Below are positions 10,327-19,570 of a stretch of 64,000 nucleotides of DNA, one piece after another. The stretch is taken from NCBI GenBank assembly GCA_964422615.1, contig CAYRBJ010000001.1:1025-65024 (forward strand), written 5' to 3'. The translations under genes were made by a program, and so were the position numbers. The notes beneath the pieces were generated by a model. The model saw only the letters and a list, made by a program, of their open reading frames with translations, was not told where the DNA came from and searched no databases. Numbering within the stretch: position 1 is the first letter of the stretch; each line of letters begins with the position of its first letter. Source of the stretch: an uncultured Zetaproteobacteria bacterium. Its GTDB lineage: Bacteria; Pseudomonadota; Zetaproteobacteria; Mariprofundales; Mariprofundaceae.

Positions 10327-11121
10327 GTGCCGCTTCCCCGCTGGCGCACGAATCGATCCTGGCTATGGATCGGGCTGGTACTTTTAGTTCTGCTGTACGT
10401 GATCGCCCCAATGCGCGTTGGTCCGCGCCTGACCCTTGGTCTGGCGCCGTTGATCGAGACCCTGCATGCCCCTGCCAACTGGTGGAAGCAAACCAGCCTG
10501 TGGTTCCAATCCCGCAGGGATCTGCAACAGCGCCTGGTAAAGGCCGAGGCTTCGGATCAGAAGCAGGCCGCGATGATCGAAGAGCTGCGCGTGCAGAACG
10601 AAGAAAACCGCCAGTTAAGGAAACTTTTGTCGCTTGGCGTCATCGCCCCCGCATCCTGGCGCGGCGCCAAGGTCATCGGCCATAGCCCCGACAAGGAAAG
10701 CACCCGCATTCTTTTACGGGTCGACGGTGCACACAGCGATGACATCGTGGCGTCCCGCGACGGCCTGGTTGGTCTGGTGGACAGTGTGGATCAGGGCCAT
10801 GCGGTCGTGCGCACCATCCTCGACGCCTCCATCGCCGTACCGGTAACGCTTCCCGGTGGTACCTTGGCCGCCCTGGCCCGCGGCGAGGGTGACCACATCA
10901 TCATCGATTTCATCCCCGCCAAGCAGGCTCCGCCAATCGGCGCCGTTCTGGTCACCAGCGGCGCCGGCGGTTTGTTCCCCGCCGGCATCCCGGTGGCGCA
11001 GGTTTCCGCCGTAGAGCATCTGAAGGGCCAGATATTCGTGCGGGTTACCGCCGAGCCCGTAGCGCACTGGCAGCGGGACAGCTGGCTTGCCGTCGCCATC
11101 GCCGGAGGCAAGCCCCGATGA
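10327..11121 (+). CDS. mreC: Rod shape-determining protein MreC
   Basis: Position directly after mreB, an N-terminal TM segment, a coiled-coil (EELRVQNEENRQLRKLL) and a C-terminal beta domain. GTG start. Confidence 0.88.
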   Translation: MPLPRWRTNRSWLWIGLVLLVLLYVIAPMRVGPRLTLGLAPLIETLHAPANWWKQTSLWFQSRRDLQQRLVKAEASDQKQAAMIEELRVQNEENRQLRKLLSLGVIAPASWRGAKVIGHSPDKESTRILLRVDGAHSDDIVASRDGLVGLVDSVDQGHAVVRTILDASIAVPVTLPGGTLAALARGEGDHIIIDFIPAKQAPPIGAVLVTSGAGGLFPAGIPVAQVSAVEHLKGQIFVRVTAEPVAHWQRDSWLAVAIAGGKPR

Positions 11122-11519
11122 TCCCGCCGCTGATTCTGCTGCTGTGCATTGTCGGCGTCGTCTGTAATCTCGGCTTCTCCGGCTTTACCGTACAACCGGA
11201 CTGGTCGCTGGCCCTGTTGCTGGCCTGCGTACTGGCCCATCGCGGCAACTGGGCCTGGGTCCTCCCGGGCGCCTTCTTCCATGACCTGGCCCTGCAATGG
11301 ACGGTATGGATGTGTGTCCCCTTCATGGTGCTGGTGCCGGCATTGATGGCCCTGGTCGACTTCCAGGCGGGCCCCGGCCTGCCACAGCGCTATTTCGCTT
11401 TGCTGATGACCACGATCCCGCTGTTGTACTGGGGCTGGGGCTTCGATGCCTGGCTGTTGACGGTTTTGCTTTGCCTGGGTATCTGGTACATTCTAGCTCG
11501 CCATTATGTCTGGACTTAA
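11118..11519 (+). CDS. mreD: Rod shape-determining protein MreD
   Basis: Small polytopic membrane protein with a 4-nt overlap with mreC; conserved mreBCD order. Confidence 0.85.
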   Translation: MIPPLILLLCIVGVVCNLGFSGFTVQPDWSLALLLACVLAHRGNWAWVLPGAFFHDLALQWTVWMCVPFMVLVPALMALVDFQAGPGLPQRYFALLMTTIPLLYWGWGFDAWLLTVLLCLGIWYILARHYVWT

Positions 11520-13332
11520 AACCCGCCAGAGTTTCGACCGGCGCATCCTGGCCTTCCAGATCGGCAGCCTGCTGATCCTGCTGATGCTGACGGCACGCCT
11601 GATCGACCTGCAATGGATCCAGCACGAAGCGCTGGCGCAGCAGGCCGAGCAGAATCGCGTCGATATTGTGCCTATCCTGCCGACACGCGGAGAGATCGTG
11701 GACGACGACGGTCGGGGCATGGCGGTCAACCGCGTCCGCTTCCAGGTGCAGATGATCCCCGAGCGGGTTGGCAATACGAACCAGGCCCTCTCCGCCCTGG
11801 CCATCATGCTTCACTGGGACGCGGATACCGTCAGACGCCTGCGCCAACGCATCGCCCATGCGCGACCTGATCGCCCGGTGCTGCTCGATGACAAGCTGCC
11901 ATGGAGAACCGTAGCCCCGCTGGCCGCTCGCCTGCACCATTTCCCGGGCATCAATGTGCTGGCGGGTACGGAACGCCTCTATCCCTATGGGGCGATTACC
12001 TCGCACCTGCTGGGCTATTTGTCGCTGGCACAGCCGGAAGACATCGATCACGGAGCCATGTCCAACGAACTGGTCGGACGTTCGGGCGCGGAGCGGAGCT
12101 TCGATACCCAGCTGCGCGGCAAACCCGGCTTCCGGCGGGAGGAGGTGGATGCGCATGGCCGACGTGTCGCCGTGCTGGGCCGCACGGAACCCCAGATGGG
12201 CAATGTCCTGAAGCTGAGCATCGACATGGATGTGCAGAAGGCGGCTTGGAAGGCGCTGGGAAACCGTACCGGCGCCGTCGTCGTGATGAACGTGCATACG
12301 GGCAAGCTGCTGGCCCTGCTCAGCAAGCCAGGCTTTGACACCAATCATTTCATTACCGGTCTGGAAGAAAAGGAATGGGGGGCCTGGTTGCACAATCCTC
12401 GCAAGCCGTTGCTGGACCGGGCCATCCAGGGTGCCTTCCCACCGGCCTCCACCTTCAAGCTGATCACGGCCCTGGCGGGACTTCGCTATCATGCGCCGTT
12501 GGCCTCGGGCACCACCGAATGCAAGGGAATTCTGAAATTACCCGACCGGACCCTGCACTGCTGGAAACACGTGGGCCATGGGCGCATCGACCTAAGGCGG
12601 GCCATCTACGAATCCTGCGACATCTTCTTTTATAAACTCGGCGACCAGATCGGCATGGCAGACATGATGGCGGAGGCCCGGCGCTGGGGGCTCGGCAAGC
12701 GTACCGGCATCGATCTGGCCGGCGAAGTCAGCGGCCATCTCGCCGGTGCCCGGCCGGAGGCCAAGCGGCAGCTATGGTATAAAGGTGAAACGATGATCAC
12801 CGCCATCGGCCAGGGCGAGACCGATGTTACACCACTGCAGATGGCGCGTTTCGCGGCGGCCCTGGCCAACGGCGGGCTGTTGCTCAAGCCTGAATTGCGG
12901 GCTGATACGCCTCCTGTGGTGCAATCACGGGTCGACGTCAATCCGGCCAATCTCGCCTTTGTGCGCCAGGCCATGCGCGACGTGGTCGCCAAGATCCACG
13001 GCACGGCCCATGCCTGGCTGTACAATTCGCCGTGGCATGTGGCCGGAAAAACGGGCACGGCCCAGGTCATCTCCGAAATCCAGGATATCCAAGGCCATGA
13101 ATCGCCGGTTTTTGATCGCCACCGTGACCATGCCTGGTTCATCGGTTTCGCCCCCTTTGAGCACCCGCAGATCGCCTTTGCCGTTTTCGTCGAGCATGGC
13201 GGCCATGGTGGCAGCGCCGCCGCTCCCATCGCAGCGGCAGTGATCAGGACCCTGGCCGCCAAGGAAGCCAGGGAAAAGAAAGAGGGGGCGCCACCGACGC
13301 AGGCTGCCGCCCCACTGTCACCGCACGCATGA
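11506..13332 (+). CDS. mrdA: Penicillin-binding protein 2 (elongasome transpeptidase)
   Basis: Active-site STFK (PPASTFKL) and KTG (AGKTGTAQV) motifs, plus an N-terminal TM segment. Confidence 0.95.
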   Translation: MSGLKTRQSFDRRILAFQIGSLLILLMLTARLIDLQWIQHEALAQQAEQNRVDIVPILPTRGEIVDDDGRGMAVNRVRFQVQMIPERVGNTNQALSALAIMLHWDADTVRRLRQRIAHARPDRPVLLDDKLPWRTVAPLAARLHHFPGINVLAGTERLYPYGAITSHLLGYLSLAQPEDIDHGAMSNELVGRSGAERSFDTQLRGKPGFRREEVDAHGRRVAVLGRTEPQMGNVLKLSIDMDVQKAAWKALGNRTGAVVVMNVHTGKLLALLSKPGFDTNHFITGLEEKEWGAWLHNPRKPLLDRAIQGAFPPASTFKLITALAGLRYHAPLASGTTECKGILKLPDRTLHCWKHVGHGRIDLRRAIYESCDIFFYKLGDQIGMADMMAEARRWGLGKRTGIDLAGEVSGHLAGARPEAKRQLWYKGETMITAIGQGETDVTPLQMARFAAALANGGLLLKPELRADTPPVVQSRVDVNPANLAFVRQAMRDVVAKIHGTAHAWLYNSPWHVAGKTGTAQVISEIQDIQGHESPVFDRHRDHAWFIGFAPFEHPQIAFAVFVEHGGHGGSAAAPIAAAVIRTLAAKEAREKKEGAPPTQAAAPLSPHA

Positions 13333-14435
13333 ACTTCCGCTGGCGTGTCCTGGATCTGCCCATGCTGATCTGCCTGCTGTGTCTGGCCGTGCTGGGCTCA
13401 GCCACCCTGTATGCCGCCGTCCACCAAGGCGACATCGCCCTATGGCAGCGGCAAAACATACACTGGCTGTTCGGCATCGGCATCTTTGTGCTGATGTGCG
13501 TCGTGCCGCTGCGGGTCTACGCCCTCGCCGCCTGGCCGGCTTATGTCATCGCCCTGATCTTTCTGGCCCTGGTGCCGATGGTCGGCGTCGTGCAGCTGGG
13601 AGCCCGGCGCTGGCTGAACCTGGGGCTGTTTCACCTGCAACCTTCGGAAATGATGAAATGGGCCCTGATGTTGCTGATGGCCCATTGGTTTGCCTCGCGC
13701 GAGGCAAACCGGCTGAAGCCCCTGTCCATCGCCCTGGCTTTTGCGGTGGTCCCTGCCGCCCTGATATTCACCCAGCCCGATCTTGGCACCACACTGGTAC
13801 TGCTGTTCGCCACCACCGCCATGCTGATCGCCAGCGGCCTGCCATGGCGTTGGCTCGCATACGCCATGATCCTGGCGCTGCTCAGCGCCCCCTTGCTTTG
13901 GCACCACATGCATGACTACCAGCGCATGCGCATCCTCAGTTTCCTCAACCCGCAGTCCGATCCGCTCGGCGCCGGTTACCATGTGATCCAGTCGACCATC
14001 GCCATCGGTTCTGGCGGCATTTTCGGCAAGGGCTATCTGCAGGGAACCCAGGCCCGCCTACATTTCCTGCCCGAGCAGCACACCGATTTCATCTTCGGCG
14101 TACTGGCGGAGGAGGGAGGGCTGATCGTTGCCATGCTGCTGTTGGTCCTGTACGGCATCCTGATCTCCCGCATCCTGATCATCGCCTCGCGGGCCCACAC
14201 CCGATTTGGGTCGCTGGTCTGCCTCGGTATTGCCTCGATCTTTCTGATCTACATCGGTGTGAACATCGGCATGGTATCGGGACTACTGCCCGTCGTCGGC
14301 GTGCCGCTGCCATTCATCAGTTACGGTGGTTCGGCGCTGGTGACGATGCTGGCGGCCCTTGGCGTGGTGATGCGCGTGGCCATCGAATCCGAGAACAAGG
14401 TGCCGTGGCAGCGGCCAGGCAGCCCGCTGCTCTAG
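13329..14435 (+). CDS. rodA: Peptidoglycan glycosyltransferase RodA (SEDS family)
   Basis: PSEMMKWAL, PEQHTDFIF and PFISYGGSA motifs. It overlaps the mrdA stop. Confidence 0.95.
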   Translation: MNFRWRVLDLPMLICLLCLAVLGSATLYAAVHQGDIALWQRQNIHWLFGIGIFVLMCVVPLRVYALAAWPAYVIALIFLALVPMVGVVQLGARRWLNLGLFHLQPSEMMKWALMLLMAHWFASREANRLKPLSIALAFAVVPAALIFTQPDLGTTLVLLFATTAMLIASGLPWRWLAYAMILALLSAPLLWHHMHDYQRMRILSFLNPQSDPLGAGYHVIQSTIAIGSGGIFGKGYLQGTQARLHFLPEQHTDFIFGVLAEEGGLIVAMLLLVLYGILISRILIIASRAHTRFGSLVCLGIASIFLIYIGVNIGMVSGLLPVVGVPLPFISYGGSALVTMLAALGVVMRVAIESENKVPWQRPGSPLL

Positions 14436-14441
14436 GAAAAG

Positions 14442-14840
14442 TCAGATGCTGACCTTGAACACGCTGCCGACGATGACGCTGGCGATCATGATCATCAGCA
14501 CCAGCGCGGCAATGAACGCGAATCGCCTGTCCCGCTGTTTGAGGAAAGCGAGGATGGAGGCCAGCACAAGAATGAACGGCGTCAGGATCAGAAAAACGGT
14601 GCCCAGGTACAAAAATGGCCCGGCATCACCCGATCCGATGGCCTGGAGAAATTCCGCCAGCGAATGATAATACTGCTGGGTGGTATGGGGGATCGCCTGC
14701 TTGCGCAGAAACAGCAGCACCAGCCCGATCGCATAGCAGGCGAATGTGACCGCCATGCCCGACGACATGATCAAGGAGGCGATGCGCTCGACCGGCTCAA
14801 CCGCCGCCGCCCCCTGCGGAGTTTCAGGCCGGTCCGTCAC
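14442..14840 (-). CDS. DUF1634-like small membrane protein
   Basis: Three-TM protein directly downstream of, and overlapping (4 nt), a TauE/SafE gene. This is the usual TauE-DUF1634 pairing. Confidence 0.75.
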   Translation of the reverse strand: MTDRPETPQGAAAVEPVERIASLIMSSGMAVTFACYAIGLVLLFLRKQAIPHTTQQYYHSLAEFLQAIGSGDAGPFLYLGTVFLILTPFILVLASILAFLKQRDRRFAFIAALVLMIMIASVIVGSVFKVSI

Positions 14841-15721
14841 AGCAGCCCCGGCAGCTTCAGGCCGAAGCCCATCGCGATACCCTTGGCCAACATCTGATAG
14901 CCAAGATAAAAGAGCAACAGGATGAATATCGTATTGATGACACGGCCGTGCAGCCGGTTCATCACATAGCTGCCGACCGTGGCTCCGAGCATCGTACCGA
15001 GCACCACCGGTGCCACGATATACTGGTTGATGCCACCGGCCAGAAAATACACGATGGCACTGGTGGCGGCGGTGATACCGATCATGAACTTGCTGGTGGC
15101 AGCCGCCGCTTTCATCGGGATACCCATGAATGAGTTCATGGCCGCCACCTTAAAGATACCGCCGCCAATGCCCAGCAGACCGGAACCGATACCGGCCATC
15201 ATGGCCACGAGGCTGCCCTTCATGGCACCGCTGGCGTGGTAGCGGACTTGCCGGTGCTCCGCCTGATCGTAGAATTCCCCCTGCAGTCCGAGCCGATGTG
15301 CAAGCCCTTCCGCAGGCTGTGACCGCTCGTCTGCGCTTTCAGGCGTGCGATCCTCCGCCTTGCGCGTTCGAAAGGACACCCCCACGACATAGAAGACCAA
15401 AATCCCGAAAATCAGGCTCAGGATCCAGCCGTGCAACAGCACGCCGATCAGCGCCCCGGTCAGCGCTCCAAATGTCGTTGCAATTTCAAGAAACATGGCC
15501 AGACGGACGTTGGTGATGCGCTGATCCACATAGGACCAGGCCCCGGCGATGGATGTGGCGATCACCGAGATAATGCTCGCTGCGATGGCGTTGTGGATCG
15601 GGATATGAAACAGCAACGTCAGCGCCGGCACGATGATCACGCCGCCTCCGATGCCGACGATGGCGCCGAAAAACCCAGAGCAGATCGCCACCGAAAACAG
15701 CAGCGTGAACTCCATCAGCAT
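14837..15721 (-). CDS. TauE/SafE family sulfite/anion exporter
   Basis: Duplicated GIGGG motifs (GAIVGIGGGVIIVP and GLLGIGGGIFKV) in a polytopic protein. The start was chosen at MLMEF; the 504-aa ORF is an N-terminal over-extension. Confidence 0.85.
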   Translation of the reverse strand: MLMEFTLLFSVAICSGFFGAIVGIGGGVIIVPALTLLFHIPIHNAIAASIISVIATSIAGAWSYVDQRITNVRLAMFLEIATTFGALTGALIGVLLHGWILSLIFGILVFYVVGVSFRTRKAEDRTPESADERSQPAEGLAHRLGLQGEFYDQAEHRQVRYHASGAMKGSLVAMMAGIGSGLLGIGGGIFKVAAMNSFMGIPMKAAAATSKFMIGITAATSAIVYFLAGGINQYIVAPVVLGTMLGATVGSYVMNRLHGRVINTIFILLLFYLGYQMLAKGIAMGFGLKLPGLL

Positions 15722-15979
15722 GGAGCTGTACTCTTCACGAAACCATGCCTGCAGCATGACTGCGTTAAATGCCTTCGCCGGGTAAGTATCGGCCATCGAT
15801 GGGTGCCGTTTGACATGCCGCCAACATAGCAGTTGCCCGTAGCCGGGCAAGTCATCATCGTCTTGTGGGAATTGCCCCAAAGATACCGCATACGTGTTTT
15901 TTCTCCCCTTGTCGGTCCATGGCTGACGAATTAAAAGCAGGGGATGCTGCCAGATCGCACCCAAAACCATTCGGCCCCA

Positions 15980-16357
15980 ATGCCCATGCGCGCGCGGATT
16001 ACCCTGATCACGGCGTTTTTCATGGCGCTCGTCGTACTGTTGATGAGCGCAGACATGTGGCTGGCGCACCGTGCCGAGCAGCTCTACGACCGGGCCCGAC
16101 AGGTGGCGGAGGGCCGGACATCGGACACGGACATGCTCCGGGATGCGCAGAAAGGATGGGTCATCGTCAAGGTGGCCCATGTTTCTGCTGGCCTTTGCAA
16201 CACCTTCACCGGCGGCCTGTGGTTTTCCATGCTGCTGCCGAAAAGCCGCCATATCCAGAACGAGCATCCGACCGTATCCGCCGCGGGCGGCGGCTGCACC
16301 CTCGGCGATTCCAATGTCCTGATCTTCACCTTTTCCGTACCGGCTAAGCACTTCTGA
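15980..16357 (+). CDS. Hypothetical 2-TM membrane protein
   Basis: MPMRARITLITAFFMALVVLLM... with a strong G/C bias at codon third positions, typical of real genes here. No recognisable family, and the start is uncertain (ORF opens at 15944). Confidence 0.5.
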   Translation: MPMRARITLITAFFMALVVLLMSADMWLAHRAEQLYDRARQVAEGRTSDTDMLRDAQKGWVIVKVAHVSAGLCNTFTGGLWFSMLLPKSRHIQNEHPTVSAAGGGCTLGDSNVLIFTFSVPAKHF

Positions 16358-16437
16358 CTCACCGACGCTTGCCTTCGTGCCGGTAACGTCTTTAATGGAT
16401 AATGGCCCCAGGGCCGTGTTTGCTGACGGGAGGCTAT

Positions 16438-16869
16438 ATGGAACGTGTGTTCTCCGGTTTTATCGCCGGCTTCCTGGCGACCATCATCTTCCATCAACTG
16501 ACGCTGATGCTGTTGTGGAAGGCCGGCTTCGCTCCCTTCGCACCGTTTTCGCTGACGCCGACGTATCCGTTCGGGGTACCGGCCGTGATCTCGCTGGCCT
16601 TCTGGGGTGGGGTGTGGGGCATCGCCTATGCATACATCGACGGTCGGTTCCCGCAAGGCGCCGGCTACTGGCCAGTGGCCTTCCTGTTCGGCGGCATCGC
16701 CCCATCAGCCGTGGCATTGTTGATCGTGCTTCCCCTGAAGGGCCATCCGGTGGGCGGCGGCTGGCACGCACCGCTGCTGATCACTGCCCTGCTCGTCAAC
16801 GGCGCCTGGGGCATCGGTACCGGCCTGGTCCTGCACATCCTGCGCGCATTCCGCAAGGCCGGAGCCTAG
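16438..16869 (+). CDS. Hypothetical 4-TM membrane protein
   Basis: MERVFSGFIAGFLATIIF... preceded by GGGAGG. Hydrophobic throughout. Confidence 0.7.
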   Translation: MERVFSGFIAGFLATIIFHQLTLMLLWKAGFAPFAPFSLTPTYPFGVPAVISLAFWGGVWGIAYAYIDGRFPQGAGYWPVAFLFGGIAPSAVALLIVLPLKGHPVGGGWHAPLLITALLVNGAWGIGTGLVLHILRAFRKAGA

Positions 16870-16899
16870 CCGCCGCATCGACAGCCTTTACCGGACATC

Positions 16900-17850
16900 A
16901 TGTACTTGCCCCTGTTCTACCTGGCGCTCGGTTTGCTGCTGCTCTATGTTGGCGCCGAGGCACTGGTTCATGGCAGCGCCGCGCTTGCCCGCCGGATTGG
17001 ACTGTCGCCACTGGTGATCGGCCTGACCGTCGTCGCTTTCGGCACCAGCACGCCGGAGTTAGCGGTCAGCGTCAAGGCGGCGCTTTCCGGCATGGGCGAT
17101 ATCACGCTGGGCAATGTCATCGGCTCGAATATCGCCAACATCGCCCTGGTTATCGGTGCTGCCGCCCTGGTACACCCGATCGAGGTACATGCCCAGGCGG
17201 TGCGCTGGGATATCCCCGTCGTCATCGCTGCCTCGTTGCTGACGCTCACTTTCGCCTGGAGCGGTCATATCTCGCGCCTGGAAGGAGGCATCCTGTTGGC
17301 CGGGCTGATCGCCTACCTCGTCTATTCGGTGGTGCTGGGAAGGCGGGAACGGGCTCGCCAGGTAGTCGGCGAGTTCCAGGCCGAGGTACCGCAGGAGCTA
17401 CGCAGCGTCGCAAACGAGCTGCTGCTGATTACCGGCGGCATCGCCCTGCTGGTGATCGGCGCCGACCGCGTCGTCGTAGGGGCGGTGGCCATTGCCAGCC
17501 TCTTCGGCATCAGCAAGTCCGTGATCGCCCTGACCGTCATTGCCTTCGGCACCAGCCTGCCGGAACTCGCCACCTCCATCGTCGCCGCTTATAAAAAACA
17601 CAGCGACATCGCCATCGGCAACATCATCGGCTCCAATATCTTCAACCTGCTCGGCATCCTCGGCATCACCGCCCTGATCACGCCGGTCGATGCCAAGGAC
17701 ATCCGCCACGTCGACTGGATCGTGATGATCGCGCTGACACTGCTGATGCTGCGTATGGCGCGCAAACGCTACACGCTGCGACGCTGGGAGGGCGCCGACC
17801 TGCTGGTGATCTACCTCGGCTATATCATCTATCTGTTCTACCGCGGCTGA
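16900..17850 (+). CDS. yrbG: Ca2+/Na+ antiporter, CaCA (YrbG) family
   Basis: Duplicated alpha-repeat GTSTPELAVS / GTSLPELATS. Confidence 0.9.
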   Translation: MYLPLFYLALGLLLLYVGAEALVHGSAALARRIGLSPLVIGLTVVAFGTSTPELAVSVKAALSGMGDITLGNVIGSNIANIALVIGAAALVHPIEVHAQAVRWDIPVVIAASLLTLTFAWSGHISRLEGGILLAGLIAYLVYSVVLGRRERARQVVGEFQAEVPQELRSVANELLLITGGIALLVIGADRVVVGAVAIASLFGISKSVIALTVIAFGTSLPELATSIVAAYKKHSDIAIGNIIGSNIFNLLGILGITALITPVDAKDIRHVDWIVMIALTLLMLRMARKRYTLRRWEGADLLVIYLGYIIYLFYRG

Positions 17851-17878
17851 GATTGTTGGGCGCACTCGGGAAAAGCGC

Positions 17879-18496
17879 TCAGTCCCGCCCCCAGATCACG
17901 CGCCGGCCATCGAGATGGAAGCCCACACTGGCCATGCGCGCCAGCGTGGCCGGATACAGTTCATGCTCCTTGTCCTGGATGCGCGCATGCAGGCTCTCGC
18001 GCGTGTCGCCATCGAGCACCGGCACCGCGGCCTGGGCCAGGATCGGACCGCCATCCAGCACCTCATCGACCAGATGTACGGTGCAGCCGGAGATCTTCAC
18101 ACCATGGTTCAGGGCTTCCTCGACCGCATGGGCACCGGGGAAGGCAGGCAACAGCGAGGGGTGGATGTTGATGATGCACCCCTTGAAGCGACGCACGAAT
18201 TCGGCGGACAGGATACGCATATAGCCGGCAAGCACGATCCAGCGACAACCATGGCCATCGATCAGATCGGCACAGGCCGCATCGAAGTGTGCCCGATCGA
18301 CATAGGCCTTGGGATCAAGGTGGACCACCGTCGGCACGCCGGCGTCCCTGGCGATGCCCAGCGCCGGGGCTTCGGCCCTGTCCGAGATCACCAGCTGCAC
18401 ATCGACCGGGCATGCACCCGTCTTCACCGCATCGAGGATCACGCTCAGGTTCGTGCCGCGGCCGGAGGCCATCACCGCGATCGCTTTCGCATTCAT
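17879..18496 (-). CDS. purN: Phosphoribosylglycinamide formyltransferase
   Basis: ASGRGTNL and INIHPSLLPAFPG motifs. The start is at MNAKAIAV. Confidence 0.93.
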   Translation of the reverse strand: MNAKAIAVMASGRGTNLSVILDAVKTGACPVDVQLVISDRAEAPALGIARDAGVPTVVHLDPKAYVDRAHFDAACADLIDGHGCRWIVLAGYMRILSAEFVRRFKGCIINIHPSLLPAFPGAHAVEEALNHGVKISGCTVHLVDEVLDGGPILAQAAVPVLDGDTRESLHARIQDKEHELYPATLARMASVGFHLDGRRVIWGRD

Positions 18497-18538
18497 CCGA
18501 TCTTGTCCATCCGTCCCGTTCTCCACATGGCCGGCAAC

Positions 18539-19480
18539 CTATTGCCGTCGACCCCCGTTCGCAATGCCATGCACCAGCCACAGCGCGGGTACCGCCAGGA
18601 CCAGCACAGCCACGAACACATCGCGTCCGAATCGTTTCGCCGCCACACCCCACAGCTGCCCGGGAAGCTGCGGATTCCTGGCCACCAGATTCGAGAACGT
18701 CGGTGGCGGCCGGTATCCCTTCATATGCGCATGCAGACCATGGCCGATGCAGGGCGGCGGCCGGTATCCCGCCTTTCGCAGTGCCGCTTCCGCCTTTATG
18801 CGCGCATAGTCCCAATCTGCGCCGCCATCGGTGCACAGCTGATTCTCATACCACAGGCGGGCCTGTTGGTCGCCGCGCTCGTAGCGCAGGATGGCATAGC
18901 GCACCAGCGCGAAAAACGAATAGGTGCGGAATCCATCCGGCGCATACGGATTGTTCTCGGCCTGTGACTTGGGTGTTCTCGGTGCCGTATCGTAGTAGGT
19001 GTTGTCCACCGACCGCCTGTCGCGGAATCCAGCCATCGTTGCCAGCAGGCGCCTGCCCGCGGGTGAACGCAGATACGGGTCTGTTTCCCGCATCCGGCCG
19101 AGCATCGAGGGAGGTGCTCCGTACACAAGAGGGATAGCATCGGGGCTGGACGAAATGCCATCGCTGGTGTCGACGGTCTCCCCCGTCACGGCTGAGGACA
19201 GTCTGCGCAGCTCCATGGGCAGGCGCATCACCGTTGTACTGCCGAGACCAAGCATCTCGCCCAGCCTGAGGATGGCGCCATGGTTGGCCTCCCATAGCGG
19301 ATCGAGCACATTGCCCCAGGCCTTCTGCACCTCGGCCGTCCACAACGGACCATTCGCCTGTTCGTAACGGGTGGTAAGATCGCGCACATACCAGCCGGGA
19401 GCGAAGCCGGCAGCGGCCAGCGCCAGGCAAGCTGCGGCTACCAACCATGCCAGCCGGTCCACCCATGCCTTTTTCTTCAT
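18539..19480 (-). CDS. Hypothetical membrane-anchored protein inserted between purM and purN
   Basis: N-terminal TM (LAWLVAAACLALAAAG) and C-terminal TM (VFVAVLVLAVPALWLV). It contains a tandem GYRPPP motif. The start is ATG 19480, with an alternative GTG at 19495. Confidence 0.7.
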   Translation of the reverse strand: MKKKAWVDRLAWLVAAACLALAAAGFAPGWYVRDLTTRYEQANGPLWTAEVQKAWGNVLDPLWEANHGAILRLGEMLGLGSTTVMRLPMELRRLSSAVTGETVDTSDGISSSPDAIPLVYGAPPSMLGRMRETDPYLRSPAGRRLLATMAGFRDRRSVDNTYYDTAPRTPKSQAENNPYAPDGFRTYSFFALVRYAILRYERGDQQARLWYENQLCTDGGADWDYARIKAEAALRKAGYRPPPCIGHGLHAHMKGYRPPPTFSNLVARNPQLPGQLWGVAAKRFGRDVFVAVLVLAVPALWLVHGIANGGRRQ

Positions 19481-19570
19481 TGGAGCCGTGCGCACGACCG
19501 GACTTTAACGCCACGCCCCATCGATCTGAAGGTTCTGAAAAGGCGACGATGCGCCGCCTGGTTTCGAAAC

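Noticed and set aside
11323-12492. 389-aa minus-strand ORF
   Set aside because: It is antisense to mreD and mrdA, whose products carry the STFK and KTG motifs. It is a shadow ORF.
15722-16351. N-terminal 210 residues of the 504-aa ORF containing the TauE gene
   Set aside because: The extension is hydrophilic and low complexity, and it overlaps the better-supported plus-strand 2-TM ORF. TauE-family proteins begin at the first TM segment (MLMEFTLLF), so the gene was trimmed to 15721.
16377-17594. 405-aa plus-strand ORF, extremely Arg/Pro/Gly-rich
   Set aside because: It is an out-of-frame overlap of the 4-TM protein gene and the CaCA antiporter gene on the same strand. The alternative frames encode proper membrane proteins with a duplicated GTS(T/L)PEL motif.
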